A stretch of DNA of 64,000 nt, taken from positions 164,486,001 to 164,550,000 of the forward strand of contig OX597817.1 of NCBI GenBank assembly GCA_951406725.2, in the 5' to 3' direction. Within the stretch, counting starts at the first letter, position 1; the number at the start of each line of letters is the position of its first letter. A program made the position numbers and the translations under genes. The stretch comes from Octopus vulgaris (Eukaryota). The notes below the pieces were generated by a model. It was not told the DNA's origin. It did no database searches and saw nothing but the letters and a program-made list of their open reading frames with translations. Positions 62,856-64,000 of the stretch are shown piece after piece.

Positions 62856-63029
62856 TTTATTTAAAAGTAGCAGAAATATAACAAAAGCTGTTACTCAGAG
62901 TTTCACGTTCCCCTTCGTTGGACAGTTTTGTTATATATTTCTGCTGCTTTTAAATAAAGCATATTACTCTACCTCTGGTATTTGAGTACTCTTTTTTCCA
63001 CCTTGTTTCACATTTATGTGCTTATTCCA

Positions 63030-63068
<39 letters not shown>

Positions 63069-63643
63069 TTTACATTTTGAGCCTACGCTCTTCCACAGAA
63101 AGAAACAAGGAGAGAAAAAAAAATGTGTGTAGTAGCTACCGATTATGCATCATCATTATCATCATGTAACTTCCATGATCCACACTAACACACACACTGA
63201 CACACACACACACACACACATATGCACACATTTACGACAGGCTTTTTCAGTTTCCATCTGGAAAATCTCCTCACAAGCCTTTATAAACCTCATGTTATAA
63301 AAGACACTTGCTCAAGTTGTCATGTAGTGGGACTGAATCCAAAACTATGCGACTGGATAGTGCACTTCTTAATCAGAAAGCCATGCCTGTCCTTATTTAC
63401 AGGGTTGGCCAAAAGTCACCTGACAGTAAATCAAAATCATTTAATTCCAAGATTGAAACAAAAACTTATTGGCGCTGGTGTAGTATGTGATCTACATTCC
63501 ACTGTGATCTACAGCAACTTAAAATCTAGACTTGTGATCTTCATTCAAAATTTTGTTATAAATTTCCAATTATAATTAGAAATGGATCAATAGCTCCATG
63601 TTTATCAAGGAGTTCATAGCATTGGAGAAATTCTATTGCAGTT

Positions 63644-63876
63644 AAGGTGGCGAGCCGGCAGAAACGTTAGCATGCCGGGCGAAATACTTAGCGATATTTC
63701 GTCTGTTTTTACGTTCTGAGTTCAAATTCCGCCGAGGTCGACTTTGCCTTTCATCCTTTCGGGGTCGATTAAATAAGTACCAGTTATGTACTGGGGTCAA
63801 TGTAATCGACTTAATCCATTTGTCTGTCCTTGTTTGTCCCCTCTATGTTTAGCCCCTTGTGAGTAATAAAGAAATA
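63644..63876 (+). mobile_element. tRNA-derived SINE (family B), young copy
   Basis: 16-bp TSD agaaattctattgcag (63626-63641 / 63877-63892). Confidence 0.87.
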
Positions 63877-64000
63877 AGAAATTCTATTGCAGCTTCTTCA
63901 TCTCGAATAACCTGCATGTAAAATTCTTTTGCTCTCATCACAACTTCTTTCAATAGGCTTAAGACTAAGTGCTTAAATCATAATTTTTTTTTTTGGTTTA

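Noticed and set aside
49100-64000. A second gene downstream of USO1
   Set aside because: Only repeats, microsatellites and LINE remnants were recognised; small exons cannot be excluded by eye.

Overview
AT-rich animal genomic DNA with long introns and many microsatellites. The interspersed repeats resemble those I recall from octopus genomes, but the taxon is inferred. The window holds most of one housekeeping gene on the + strand: USO1/p115, the general vesicular transport factor and Golgi tether. I traced 19 coding exons with consistent splice phases from 578 to the stop at 49094, about 863 codons; the N-terminal exons lie upstream of the window. One intron (29000-30731) is a U12-type minor-spliceosome intron. 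Introns and the 3' flank contain tRNA-derived SINEs with target-site duplications, RTE-LINE fragments and 3' ends, a Penelope-like fragment, non-autonomous Helitrons, piggyBac- and Tc/pogo-type MITEs, fold-back palindromes and an 18-bp minisatellite. I found no second intact gene, CRISPR array or prokaryote-type system. The most unusual signals are RNA-structural predictions made by eye: tandem hairpin-plus-pseudoknot modules in the RTE 3' UTR, several hammerhead-like motifs, and a Helitron terminal palindrome that is inverted between subfamilies.
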